This document shows, in pieces, positions 29,005 to 38,733 of a DNA stretch of 64,000 bases. Below the pieces are notes generated by a model that had not been told where the DNA came from, made no database searches, and was given only the letters and a program-made list of their open reading frames with translations. Each line of letters opens with the position of its first letter. The first letter of the stretch is position 1. The DNA lies in assembly GCA_019057865.1 (NCBI GenBank), contig JAHLWP010000003.1:96001-160000 (forward strand), read 5' to 3'. The translations under genes were made by a program, and so were the position numbers. The DNA is from Promethearchaeota archaeon (GTDB lineage Archaea > Asgardarchaeota > Lokiarchaeia > Sigyniarchaeales > SOKP01).

Positions 29005-29129
29005 GGTAAAAGAATTAGTACCAAAAGATAGTGCTCTGTAAAATTTAGGATAATTTTAATTTCGAAAAATTAAATAATCTGACTATAGTAGAATAACTTT
29101 ATTTATTATTATATTATTTCTTAGTATTA

Positions 29130-29834
29130 ATGAAATCTCGTCAATATGAGTCTAGGTTTAAAGCAGGAGAATTTTTGGCAGAATTTGTTAAAAACGAGGC
29201 TAAAGTTTTAAATAACCTTATTAATCAAGATTCAAATCATTTTTTTTGTTTTGCCATTCCTAATGGGGGAATTTCTGTAACAGAGGGTTTTTGCTCTAAA
29301 TTTAATATCAAATATGATATTTTAATCGTACGAAAAATTAAGATTCCTTATAATACGGAAGCAGGTTTTGGATCTGTTACCACTGATGGAACTATTTTAA
29401 TTAATGAACCTCTACTAAATCAATTAGGGCTTTCTGAAAAAGCAGTAGAAGATTCAATTGATTTAACAAAACAAGAGATTCAAGATAGGCTGAAATTTTA
29501 CAATAAAGAAGTAAATTTAGAAGAACTTTATAAGAACAATATTCAAAATAAATGTATTTTCATACTTGATGATGGATTAGCTTCAGGTTTTACAATGTTA
29601 GCAGCAATAAAAATGATAAAAAAATATAACCCTATTAAAATTTTTATAGTTGTACCAACTGCTCCTTTAAGAACAGTTAAAAGAGTTGTTAAGGAGGTAG
29701 ATGAGATCTTTTGCCCTAATATTCGAGATGTTATGTGGTTTGCTGTTGCTGATGCATACAAAAATTGGTATGATGTTCCTGAGAATGAAGTTATAGAAAT
29801 ATTAAATAATTCCCAGTATTACTCAAATTTTTAG
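29130..29834 (+). CDS. Type I phosphoribosyltransferase, COG1926-like
   Basis: R..AG..LA, AIPNGG, VRKI..P.N.EAGFG and ILDDGLASGFTM (PRPP loop) motifs. Confidence 0.85.
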   Translation: MKSRQYESRFKAGEFLAEFVKNEAKVLNNLINQDSNHFFCFAIPNGGISVTEGFCSKFNIKYDILIVRKIKIPYNTEAGFGSVTTDGTILINEPLLNQLGLSEKAVEDSIDLTKQEIQDRLKFYNKEVNLEELYKNNIQNKCIFILDDGLASGFTMLAAIKMIKKYNPIKIFIVVPTAPLRTVKRVVKEVDEIFCPNIRDVMWFAVADAYKNWYDVPENEVIEILNNSQYYSNF

Positions 29835-29944
29835 CTCGTGATTAATTCAATATTAAAAATATTCCAGGCTATCTGACATTAATTTAAATTTGAAGTACTT
29901 AATTCGTATGATAGTAAAAGAAAAGTAAAAAAAAAAGAGAATCT

Positions 29945-30211
29945 TTATGAACTAATCAAATGGAACAAGATAGAGGCATGTGGGATATAAAATTCATCGC
30001 GCTTTTTAATCACAACAGTGTGAAAGTATTCAGCAAGTCCCAGAAACCCTCTGATTACAGATTCATCTTCTTCAAATCTGAAGATAACATTTGCGATTGC
30101 TGATGACGTACTAAAACCCACTTTGTCGTATACACGCTCATCAATTAATGGAATTTTTAGTTCATTAACAATCTCATACACCCTTTTAATGAAAAGTTCC
30201 TTTTTTGGCAA
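29945..30211 (-). CDS. Small hypothetical protein
   Basis: Coding-like ORF (FRFEEDESVIRGFLGLAEYFHTVVI). Probable TTG start at 30211 after GGTGG. Confidence 0.65.
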   Translation of the reverse strand: MPKKELFIKRVYEIVNELKIPLIDERVYDKVGFSTSSAIANVIFRFEEDESVIRGFLGLAEYFHTVVIKKRDEFYIPHASILFHLISS

Positions 30212-30503
30212 CTTTAACCCACCTAATATTAAAAACAATAAAGAATATCTTATTTTAAAAAATTTAATTAATTTTTAATTTTTAATAAATACAATGAAAT
30301 ATAGTATATAATATTATTAGATTTAGGATTTATAATAGTTAATGTTTTTTGTTTTGAATTTGGAAATACTAAAGGATTAAAATTTTATTTACGGATGGAA
30401 TAAAAATATAAATACATATTAATATAATAAAAATATAATCAATTAAAATAGTAATATAAATTATCATCTATTTTTCAAAAACAAGAGAGGAATTGAATAA
30501 AAC

Positions 30504-31205
30504 GTGGTTTCAAAAGAACAGAAAAAAATCGAACGCGTTATCAACTTTATGAAAAAAGGCTTAACATCTCTCGCTGATGATCTAGGAGAAACGGTAAAAG
30601 GAATAAATGATTTTATTAAATCTTTAGCAAAAGCTCAAAAAGATTTAAAGGAGATTTCTGTTATAGAAGAAGTTACTACTGTAAGTACCTCCTCTAAAAA
30701 AGTTCTTGCTCCAACTGGTACTACTGCGAAAACGAAAGCTGCAAGTACATTATTTAGTTTATTAAGTGGAAGTGGCCAAGTGGGTGCACCTATACCTGCA
30801 ACAGCTGCAGCTACTCCTAGTGCTCCCTCTGTTGCCGGTGGTCCTCCAAAACGCCCAGGTAAGAGAGGTCCTCCATCCGCACCAACTGGTGGAGCTCCTC
30901 CGACAGCGCCTAGTGGTGGTTCTCCTAAACGAGCTAATTTACCACCAGCTCCGAAATTACCGCCGGCACCAACTCCTGGAGCTACACCTCCAAAGGCACC
31001 AACTACTGGTGGTCCCCCTGCAAAACCACCTTCATTTGCTAAAAGACCCGGACCTCCTGCAACACCAACTGGGGCTCGTCCACCAACACCGCCTGGTGGA
31101 GCAACACCTGCAATAGCTCCTAAAGCGGGGGGAGGGTTAAGTTCTCTCCGTGATGAGATGTTAGACGAATTAAACCGATTAAAAAAGATAATGAGAGGAG
31201 AGTAA
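30504..31205 (+). CDS. Coiled-coil / proline-rich / C-terminal WH2-like protein, candidate actin regulator
   Basis: GAGG Shine-Dalgarno and GTG start. Heptad helix over aa ~5-55, a P/G/A/T-rich region with many PP and PxxP motifs, and a C-terminus SSLRDEMLDELNRLKKI. Confidence 0.75.
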   Translation: MVSKEQKKIERVINFMKKGLTSLADDLGETVKGINDFIKSLAKAQKDLKEISVIEEVTTVSTSSKKVLAPTGTTAKTKAASTLFSLLSGSGQVGAPIPATAAATPSAPSVAGGPPKRPGKRGPPSAPTGGAPPTAPSGGSPKRANLPPAPKLPPAPTPGATPPKAPTTGGPPAKPPSFAKRPGPPATPTGARPPTPPGGATPAIAPKAGGGLSSLRDEMLDELNRLKKIMRGE

Positions 31206-31304
31206 GAAACTCAAAGAAACTTATATTTCTTTTTCTACAATTGTAAATTGTCTCATTTTTAATATTTTATTACACAATTCTAAATTTATAGATTATTTCA
31301 TCAT

Positions 31305-31318
31305 ATGTCATGTGACAT
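31305..31318. promoter_or_regulatory. Operator-like inverted repeat ATGTCA-TG-TGACAT upstream of the actin-family gene
   Basis: Perfect 6-bp inverted repeat inside an otherwise AT-rich intergenic region. Confidence 0.35.
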
Positions 31319-31439
31319 CGAGTTCACCGAAATTTTATTAGTGTAAAAGTAATTAATATTTTAGACTTAATATAATATAATACTAGATATAGTTATTTAG
31401 GGTATTTATCTTAAAAATAAATTTAAACTATAATAAGGT

Positions 31440-32561
31440 ATGGGAAATCTTACTGTTGTTTTAGATATCGGTCAATTTTCTTCAAAAATTGGATTTGCAG
31501 GAGAGGACACACCATCTCAAGTGTTTTTGACTATAGTTGGAAAGCCAAAATATCAATCTTTAGATACTCAATATGGTTTGAAGGATTTAGAGGAAAAAGA
31601 ATTATATGTAGGCGATGAGATTCAATCAATTGGCTTATATAAAATATTTCAACCTATTGAAAAGGGGATAATTGTTGATTGGAAACATTTTCAAAATATT
31701 ATTGACTATATCTTTTATAACTTACGAGTAGATCCTAGTCTTGTTAATGTATTATTCGCTATACATCCATTATTTCCATATACTGATTTAGAAAGAATCT
31801 TTGAGCTCTTTTTAGAACGTTATCAGTGTATGGCGTTCTATCCAGTATTAGATTCCATGTTAACATTATATTCTGGAGGTTTTCAAACCGGTTTAATTAT
31901 TGAAATTGGTGATAGCAATACCAGAATAGTACCGATTTATCAAGGTTATAAAATAGAACATGCAGTAAAGATGTTAGATATTGGGGGGAGAGTATTAACT
32001 CGTTATATGGAAACAATTTTAGAATCTATTGGGTGGTCTGTAGACTCTTCTATCAGAAGAGAATTAGTCAGAGTGTTGAAGGAAAAAGCCTGTTTTGTCT
32101 CATTAGACTATAAGGAAGATTTAAATAGGAGTGAACAATATACAAAAGATTATTCTTTACCAGATGGTTCTACTATAACACTGAATCAGGAACGATTTAT
32201 GATTCCAGAACTATTATTCAATCCATCTTCAGAATTAGAAGAAGATTCATTACCATATGCAATCATGGAGGTGGTAGAAGCCTGTGATTTGGATATTCGC
32301 CCTGTTCTATTAAATAATATTTTTTTATCGGGGGGTTCGAGTATGTTTCCAAACCTTAAGTCACGTATCTACCAAGAATTAGAACTTGAATTGGCGAGGA
32401 GAAAGAAAAAAAATCAAGTTATTAGAATTATTGCACCAACTGAAAGAACTTATTCTGTTTGGATAGGTGGTTCAATACTTGCTATGATCCCTGAATTTTC
32501 AGAAAATTGGATAACGCGTGCTAAATATTTTAGTAAGGGGATCCCACCAAATCTTTTATAG
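31440..32561 (+). CDS. Actin-family protein (divergent Asgard actin-related protein)
   Basis: Collinear actin motifs: VVLDIG..SKIGFAGED.P, IVGKPK, YVGDE, PIEKG.I.DW, LRVDP, TG.IIE.GD....VPIY.GY, LKEK.C.V.LDY, LPDG, ERF.IPE.LF.P, LSGGSSMFP and AP.ER.YSVWIGGSILA. Confidence 0.95.
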   Translation: MGNLTVVLDIGQFSSKIGFAGEDTPSQVFLTIVGKPKYQSLDTQYGLKDLEEKELYVGDEIQSIGLYKIFQPIEKGIIVDWKHFQNIIDYIFYNLRVDPSLVNVLFAIHPLFPYTDLERIFELFLERYQCMAFYPVLDSMLTLYSGGFQTGLIIEIGDSNTRIVPIYQGYKIEHAVKMLDIGGRVLTRYMETILESIGWSVDSSIRRELVRVLKEKACFVSLDYKEDLNRSEQYTKDYSLPDGSTITLNQERFMIPELLFNPSSELEEDSLPYAIMEVVEACDLDIRPVLLNNIFLSGGSSMFPNLKSRIYQELELELARRKKKNQVIRIIAPTERTYSVWIGGSILAMIPEFSENWITRAKYFSKGIPPNLL

Positions 32562-32664
32562 GTCCTTTTTCTATTAAATGTGTTATGGTGATAATATATT
32601 TTGTTAAATAACTGAATATTTTATTCATTCTTAATATTACAACTCGTTTTATAGGTATTTAATA

Positions 32665-33003
32665 ATGGAAGATCTTAAAGAAGATGAGTTTTATAAACCA
32701 AATTATTCGAATTTATTCAATAAAATTAAGGATATAAAGATTCCTGTGAAAAATGAAATATTGATGGCTTTACTTGATGGTCAGTGGCATTCTGAACTTG
32801 ATTTAATAAGGATTACTAAGAAGAACCAAAATTATATGGGAGCAGTTGTGCTCGGTACTATGGTGAATTCTTTAAACCACTATATTAAAAATAATTATTT
32901 AGAGAGAAAAGTAATAAATGGTAAAATGTACTATAAAATTTCAGATAATTATGTCGGTTTAACAAGAGCAGCATATAGATTAAATCCAAAAAGTATATTC
33001 TGA
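32665..33003 (+). CDS. Small putative winged-helix DNA-binding protein
   Basis: EILMALLDGQWHSELDLIR...LERKVING..YYKIS fits a wHTH pattern. Confidence 0.55.
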   Translation: MEDLKEDEFYKPNYSNLFNKIKDIKIPVKNEILMALLDGQWHSELDLIRITKKNQNYMGAVVLGTMVNSLNHYIKNNYLERKVINGKMYYKISDNYVGLTRAAYRLNPKSIF

Positions 33004-33084
33004 AAAAGATAAAACAGTTTTAAAAGAATTAATAAATGCGAAAATTATAACACTTTTTTTAAATTCCTTGTTGGTTAAAATATT

Positions 33085-35256
33085 CTATTTTTTAACGCAT
33101 TGATTATTCAAAATCTTATACTCCTCACATTTGGAGCAGAACATATTCCCTGAGCCCTCTTTAAGGCTTTTATTCCAGCAATTAGGACAAATATAATAAC
33201 TCAATTCTTTATTATTTCTTCGATAATAAACTCTAAAAACATTAAATCCACATTTGAGACATTTTGAGTTTAAAATGGTTATCTTACCCTTTTGTGGTAA
33301 AGACAAATAACTTTTGCAATTATCATCAGAACAAGCAAGGAATCTCTTTCTTTTAGTCGTAGTTATTAATTTCATTGGATGCGCATTACAAAAAGGACAC
33401 ATAGAAGATGTAAGAGGCACTGATTTACTTTTACGTAAAGAGGTAACATCTTTAACTTTATAACTATTGATACGCTTAATAATTTCATTTTTATTTGAAA
33501 TAAATAAATCAAATAACTCTAAAAATTTCTTTTTGACAATATTAACTACATCCTCCATTTTTTTTCTATTTTCTTTAATTTCATTTAGTTGAACTTCCAC
33601 CTCTTTAGTAAAATTCGGTTCTAAAAAGGGTAACCAAATTTCTTTTAAGCATTCAATTAAAAAATCACCTAGTTCTGTAAGTATATATCTACCTTTATTA
33701 CGATAAATCAAATCACGCTTTTGTAATAATTGAATAATAGTAGGACGTGTCGATTTTGTTCCTAACTGATGCTTTTCCATTAACTTTAAAAGCGAAGTAT
33801 CTGTAAATCTTGCTGGTGGTTTAGTTTCTTTTTCATTCAAAAAGATTTCATCGACTGGAATTTTATTTTCTATGATTTTTATAAATATATCATAATTTTT
33901 TTTAAGGAAGGGAGCTATTGCTAAATATCCCTCGGATATTAGAACAAGGATTCTTGATTTAAATGGTTCATCTTTAATAGATAGTTTTAAAATTGTTTTT
34001 GATTCCATAGCATCAAATCCAAAGAGTGCTAAATAATGTCTGGCTAATACATCATAAACTCTTTTTTGAATATTATTTTTGAACCGAGAATCATTTAATT
34101 CCAAGCTTTCTAAAGGTGTTATTGGAGGATGATCTCCAGCATCTTTTTTTCCTTTTGTTGGTTTGACTCTATTATTTTTCAGCAGACTTTGAGTGTAATT
34201 CCAATATTGAGAATGAGTGATGAATTTCTTTAGATACTGAAGGTGATCAAAATTTGGTTTGTATATATCACTGTCAGTTCTTGGATATGATATTATTTTA
34301 TTAAGATATAAAGAATTCATTGTCTTTAAAGCAAGATTTGCATTAATCTTCAAAACTCTTGTAAGCAAAATAAGAGCTTTTGAAGTGTTAAGGGGTGTGG
34401 GCGGAGGATTTTTAACTAAATTTGTTGTATTTTTTATTACATATGCAAATTTTTCATCCTTAATTTTATTGAATATAGTCTTTGCTAATGTTTCATCTGC
34501 TTTTTTAAATGGATTCTTTTGATGGTATGCTTTAAATTTACCATCTTTATGATTCAAATTAGCTTGTATCGTAAAATAAGGTTCTGGTATAAAATTTTTA
34601 ATACGTTCTTCTAATAAATAGATTAAATATAACAATGAGGTCTGAACTCTACCAATTGATATAAATCTGGCATTAAGTTTATTCAAAAGTAGTCTAAAAG
34701 TATTAGTAGCTTCTTTTGTTGCAGAGAAACCTATTATAGCATCGATAATTGCCCTTGCCTCACCTGTTTTTGCCCAATTATACTTTGGTGGAATTGTTTG
34801 ATTAAATTTTTTTATTATTTCATGTTTTTGTAGTGAACTAAGCCACATTTGTGACAATCTGATGTTTGGATTTTCTTGAACAACAAAAGGTAATGCATCT
34901 ATAAGCCCAATATTGCATCCTTCAATATCTGCATCTGTTCCAATTATACAATAATTACAAATTTTAGCATATTCTTTTAATGCTTTAATATGAGCCCCTG
35001 TATATTTGATTGGTACCTTCTCAATTGATTTTGGATTAGTGATAATATCGCGAGGATTAATATTAGTCCAACTTTTAAACACACCAGTGTTTCTATATTC
35101 AAGTAGATGCCCCCTTAGGGGTAAAACATAAATATTTTTTGATGGTACATAATAAATGTTTAAATTTTTTGTTTTTTTTATCAATTTAACTGGTCCAAGA
35201 GCTTCTGCTATAGCTTCTGCAGCTTTTTTTTTCTCAGCTATTATTAGAATTGCCAT
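33085..35256 (-). CDS. topA: Type IA DNA topoisomerase (archaeal TopA/Topo III-like) with C-terminal Zn ribbons
   Basis: IIAEK (TOPRIM), GHL, TDADIEG, SIGRVQT, ISYPRT (catalytic Tyr), HPPITP, LGTKSTR and several CxxC pairs. Start set at MAILIIAEK. Confidence 0.92.
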   Translation of the reverse strand: MAILIIAEKKKAAEAIAEALGPVKLIKKTKNLNIYYVPSKNIYVLPLRGHLLEYRNTGVFKSWTNINPRDIITNPKSIEKVPIKYTGAHIKALKEYAKICNYCIIGTDADIEGCNIGLIDALPFVVQENPNIRLSQMWLSSLQKHEIIKKFNQTIPPKYNWAKTGEARAIIDAIIGFSATKEATNTFRLLLNKLNARFISIGRVQTSLLYLIYLLEERIKNFIPEPYFTIQANLNHKDGKFKAYHQKNPFKKADETLAKTIFNKIKDEKFAYVIKNTTNLVKNPPPTPLNTSKALILLTRVLKINANLALKTMNSLYLNKIISYPRTDSDIYKPNFDHLQYLKKFITHSQYWNYTQSLLKNNRVKPTKGKKDAGDHPPITPLESLELNDSRFKNNIQKRVYDVLARHYLALFGFDAMESKTILKLSIKDEPFKSRILVLISEGYLAIAPFLKKNYDIFIKIIENKIPVDEIFLNEKETKPPARFTDTSLLKLMEKHQLGTKSTRPTIIQLLQKRDLIYRNKGRYILTELGDFLIECLKEIWLPFLEPNFTKEVEVQLNEIKENRKKMEDVVNIVKKKFLELFDLFISNKNEIIKRINSYKVKDVTSLRKSKSVPLTSSMCPFCNAHPMKLITTTKRKRFLACSDDNCKSYLSLPQKGKITILNSKCLKCGFNVFRVYYRRNNKELSYYICPNCWNKSLKEGSGNMFCSKCEEYKILNNQCVKK

Positions 35257-35383
35257 CTTAGTTATATTATTTAAAAAAATTTTCCTTTCTAATTTATTTA
35301 TCAAATATTCAATAAAAAAAATATAACTGAATAATGGATTACTAATAACTATTTAAAAAGAAAAATTATCATTGAATATCAAA

Positions 35384-38300
35384 TTACGAAGGAAGAGAAA
35401 ATGAAAATGTTGTACCTTCATTTAATCCTTCGGATTTAGCCCAGATTTCACCACCATGGGCTTCAACTATTCCCTTTGAAATATATAGACCAAGTCCCGT
35501 TCCTGTATCTTTGCTCCCAATTGGATGTTTTATACTTTCAAACTTTTTGAATAATCTACCTATTTCATCTTTAGTTAAACCAATTCCGTTGTCTTTAATT
35601 TCAAAAAAATATTTCTCATTTTCTTTTTTAGCCGAAATTTTAATCCAACCATAGTCAGGTGTAAATTTAATAGCATTTGAAATTAAATTAGTGAAAACAA
35701 GAAAGATTCGTGTAGGATCTACATTTATTATTATCTCATAATCAATATTAAGGATTATCTCAAGATTTTTTTCATTAATTAGATAGCTTAATTCGTCCAA
35801 GCAATTATTAATTATTTTACTTACATTTGTTTTTTCAATTTGTAATTGTAATCTACCTTCATCAATTTTCATAACTTCTAATAGTTGATCCATTAAAATT
35901 TCTAGGCGTTTGACATTTCTCTGAACTGTTTTCAAATCTTCAAATATTTCCGGAATTAAGGCGTTTTTATGCTTGAGAAGAATATAATCTGTATAACCAG
36001 AAATAGAAATTAAAGGTGTTTTTAGCTCATGAGCTGCCATAGTAATAAAATCATTTTTAATCTGGTCTAATTTTTTTAACTCAATGTTTTGGGCTCTTAA
36101 TTTTCTTTCAGATTCAATTAATTTTTGTTCTATTTTCTTTCTTTCTGTTATGTCACGTATAATGGTGATTACCTGAGCGACTTTACCCTCTGTAACAATT
36201 GGGAACTTTCGAGTTTCAGTAATTACATCAATCTCTGGCAAAATAGTGGTTTCTGTGGTGATAAGATGTATACCAGTGTCAAATACTTGTTGATATTCTT
36301 CATAAATAATGCTTGGCAAAAATGGGAAAGCTTCAGAAATTTTGCTACTAATAATATCTGTTTTAATATTGAGCTTTTTGAGCCATTTCTTAAGTGCTTG
36401 ATTCATCAAAATAATTCTCAAATCTCTATCAATAACATGCAGAGAATCACCTAAAGAATCAATAGTAGTACGGTATTGTTGCTCTGATTTTCTCAATTCA
36501 AGAGTCCTTTCTAATACTTTTTGCTCTAATAATCTATTCAATATTCTTAATTCTTCTTGAGATTTTTTTAGGTTTTGTTCAGCCTTTTTTTTTTCAGTTG
36601 TATCATGAATAATTGCCTGGATTAGAGTCTTATCACCAACATTTACTAGAGTGCTTTGGATGTCTAACCATAACTTCTTCTCATCGACTCTAGTAATCTG
36701 AAATTCTAAGGGCTCTAATTTATCTCCTTTGACAAATTTTACCCATCGCTCCTTTAATATGTCTATAAGAAATCCAGGTCTTTTAATTATCGATAATACT
36801 TCAGAAAACTTTTTTCCTATTAGATCTTTTCTTTCATAAGCAGAAAGTAAATTATTCATTGTAGAATTACAATCTAGAATTGTTCCATCTAATTCCAGTA
36901 ACCAAATAGCATATGGAGAGCTCTCAAATAAATGTCTGTATTTCTCTTCTGATTCTTTTAACTTTTTTTCTGCTATTTTTTTGTTAGTAACATCCCTTAA
37001 TAGAGTAACAAAACCAATTAAATTCCCATCATCATCATAGTAATTTTTTGAAGAACTTGACAACCAAATATAATGCCCATCTTGATGAATTGTACGATAT
37101 TCAACTTCTTTGGTCGTTAATACACTTTTTTCATTAACAGCCTTTGAGAATAATTTTTTTAAACGTTGAATATCATCGGGATGAATATCTTGAAATAATT
37201 TGGTTTCTAGATTAATTTCTTTACCTAGTAGCTCAGAAAATTGAGGAGAAACAAAACGAAATTTTCCATCAAGTCCAGTAATGACAATCACATCTTTAGT
37301 ATTTTCAATGATGTTTCTATACTTCTTTTCAGATTCTTTTATTTTTTGCTCTAAGCGAAATTTATCTGTAATATCTCGTGCTAAGCCACTAAATCCTATT
37401 TTATTTCGATTTGAATCATATCTTAAATAGATTGAAGATTCACATATCACTTGTTCTCCATTTCTTTTCAAAAATTGAAATTGAAAATCACTTTTAGGAA
37501 TTTCAGTTTCATAAACATTTTTATATACTTGGAAAATTTTATTCCTATTTTCTTCATCTACTAAATTCTTAAAATTTAAGCCTAATAATTCATTCCTTGG
37601 GATTCCTTGAAGATCACATAAAGCATCATTAAAAAAAGTAAAATTTCCTTTTAAATCAACTTCGAAATAGCTTTCTTTAATGTTTTCAAGGATACCGCGA
37701 TATTTTACTTCAGACTCTCTTAATTTTTGTTCTGCTACTCTTCGAATTGTGATATCTCTATAAGTGGAAAGAATTCCTACAACCTCCCCATCTAAATTAT
37801 GGAGTGGAATTCTATTTACTTCAAACCAAATTTGGTTACCATTAAGTAAAACTAAAAATTCTATAGTGTGATATTCAGCTTTATTATTTGCCATTACTCT
37901 TCTTTCATTCTCTTGAATTTTTGTTAGATCTTCCTTAATCCATAGTAAATCATCATCATTTTTACCTACTATGTTTATTGGGTTTTTAATTCCGGTTAAA
38001 GCAGCAAAATTTTGATTACATCCTAAATAATTCAAATTTCTATCTTTCCAATGGATTAACTGAGGGATATTATCAATCACTAACTCTAACATTTCTCTAG
38101 TTTTTTGATATGCAGCAATACCTTTCTTAGATTGAAGAAATTTCCAATATCTAATTTCAGGTAAAGTTTCTGTTAATTCATTGAATCTTGCTTGACGAAC
38201 CTTTATTTCTTGTTCCATTTTTTTAAACTTTGTTATTTCTCTAGAGAATAAAATAATTTTATTTTCTTTAGATGTATCAACAAATCGTTTACTTTTTATC

Positions 38301-38584
38301 TCGTACCAATTGAAAATTATATCTCCATATTTAATTCTAATCTCGGCAGTTCCATATCCTAATTTAAAGGTTCTTTCCAATAAGTCAATCATTGAAACTA
38401 TATCATGTGGATGAATAAAGTGATTTAATTTTTTATTTTCAATTGAAATATATAATTCTTCTAAGTCTGCTTTTAAATTCGTATACTCACATTTATAGTT
38501 CCTATTAAAGATAAAAATCAGATCTTCAATATTCTCAGATATTATTTGACCTATATTATAAGTGTTTTTAGATGAACTTGACAT
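35384..38584 (-). CDS. Soluble multi-PAS (about 6 PAS/PAC) sensor histidine kinase
   Basis: Repeated SE.KYR..E / RDIT..K PAS boundaries. H-box AHELKTPL, N-box NLISNAIKFT, DNGIG and GTGLGL. No TM segments. Confidence 0.93.
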   Translation of the reverse strand: MSSSSKNTYNIGQIISENIEDLIFIFNRNYKCEYTNLKADLEELYISIENKKLNHFIHPHDIVSMIDLLERTFKLGYGTAEIRIKYGDIIFNWYEIKSKRFVDTSKENKIILFSREITKFKKMEQEIKVRQARFNELTETLPEIRYWKFLQSKKGIAAYQKTREMLELVIDNIPQLIHWKDRNLNYLGCNQNFAALTGIKNPINIVGKNDDDLLWIKEDLTKIQENERRVMANNKAEYHTIEFLVLLNGNQIWFEVNRIPLHNLDGEVVGILSTYRDITIRRVAEQKLRESEVKYRGILENIKESYFEVDLKGNFTFFNDALCDLQGIPRNELLGLNFKNLVDEENRNKIFQVYKNVYETEIPKSDFQFQFLKRNGEQVICESSIYLRYDSNRNKIGFSGLARDITDKFRLEQKIKESEKKYRNIIENTKDVIVITGLDGKFRFVSPQFSELLGKEINLETKLFQDIHPDDIQRLKKLFSKAVNEKSVLTTKEVEYRTIHQDGHYIWLSSSSKNYYDDDGNLIGFVTLLRDVTNKKIAEKKLKESEEKYRHLFESSPYAIWLLELDGTILDCNSTMNNLLSAYERKDLIGKKFSEVLSIIKRPGFLIDILKERWVKFVKGDKLEPLEFQITRVDEKKLWLDIQSTLVNVGDKTLIQAIIHDTTEKKKAEQNLKKSQEELRILNRLLEQKVLERTLELRKSEQQYRTTIDSLGDSLHVIDRDLRIILMNQALKKWLKKLNIKTDIISSKISEAFPFLPSIIYEEYQQVFDTGIHLITTETTILPEIDVITETRKFPIVTEGKVAQVITIIRDITERKKIEQKLIESERKLRAQNIELKKLDQIKNDFITMAAHELKTPLISISGYTDYILLKHKNALIPEIFEDLKTVQRNVKRLEILMDQLLEVMKIDEGRLQLQIEKTNVSKIINNCLDELSYLINEKNLEIILNIDYEIIINVDPTRIFLVFTNLISNAIKFTPDYGWIKISAKKENEKYFFEIKDNGIGLTKDEIGRLFKKFESIKHPIGSKDTGTGLGLYISKGIVEAHGGEIWAKSEGLNEGTTFSFSLPS

Positions 38585-38733
38585 TTTCGAAAACTCCCTA
38601 CACTTAATTTTTTAAAATTTGGTATAACCAAAGATAATTTTATAGTATTATACTATAATAATTATTAAAGCAAACAAGAATTTATTTCTTAAATAAAATT
38701 AAATAAAATAACTTATCTTTATGTTAAATACTA

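Noticed and set aside
30766-31116. Overlapping same-strand 116-aa ORF with HQL/LQ repeats
   Set aside because: Frame-shifted shadow of the Pro/Ala/Thr codons of 30504..31205; no independent evidence
30760-31150. GC-rich island suggesting horizontal transfer or an RNA gene
   Set aside because: Explained by Pro/Gly/Ala codons, whose third positions are still mostly A/T
31440-32561. Calling this gene Lokiactin
   Set aside because: Too many substitutions at residues conserved in true actins; treated as a divergent actin-related protein
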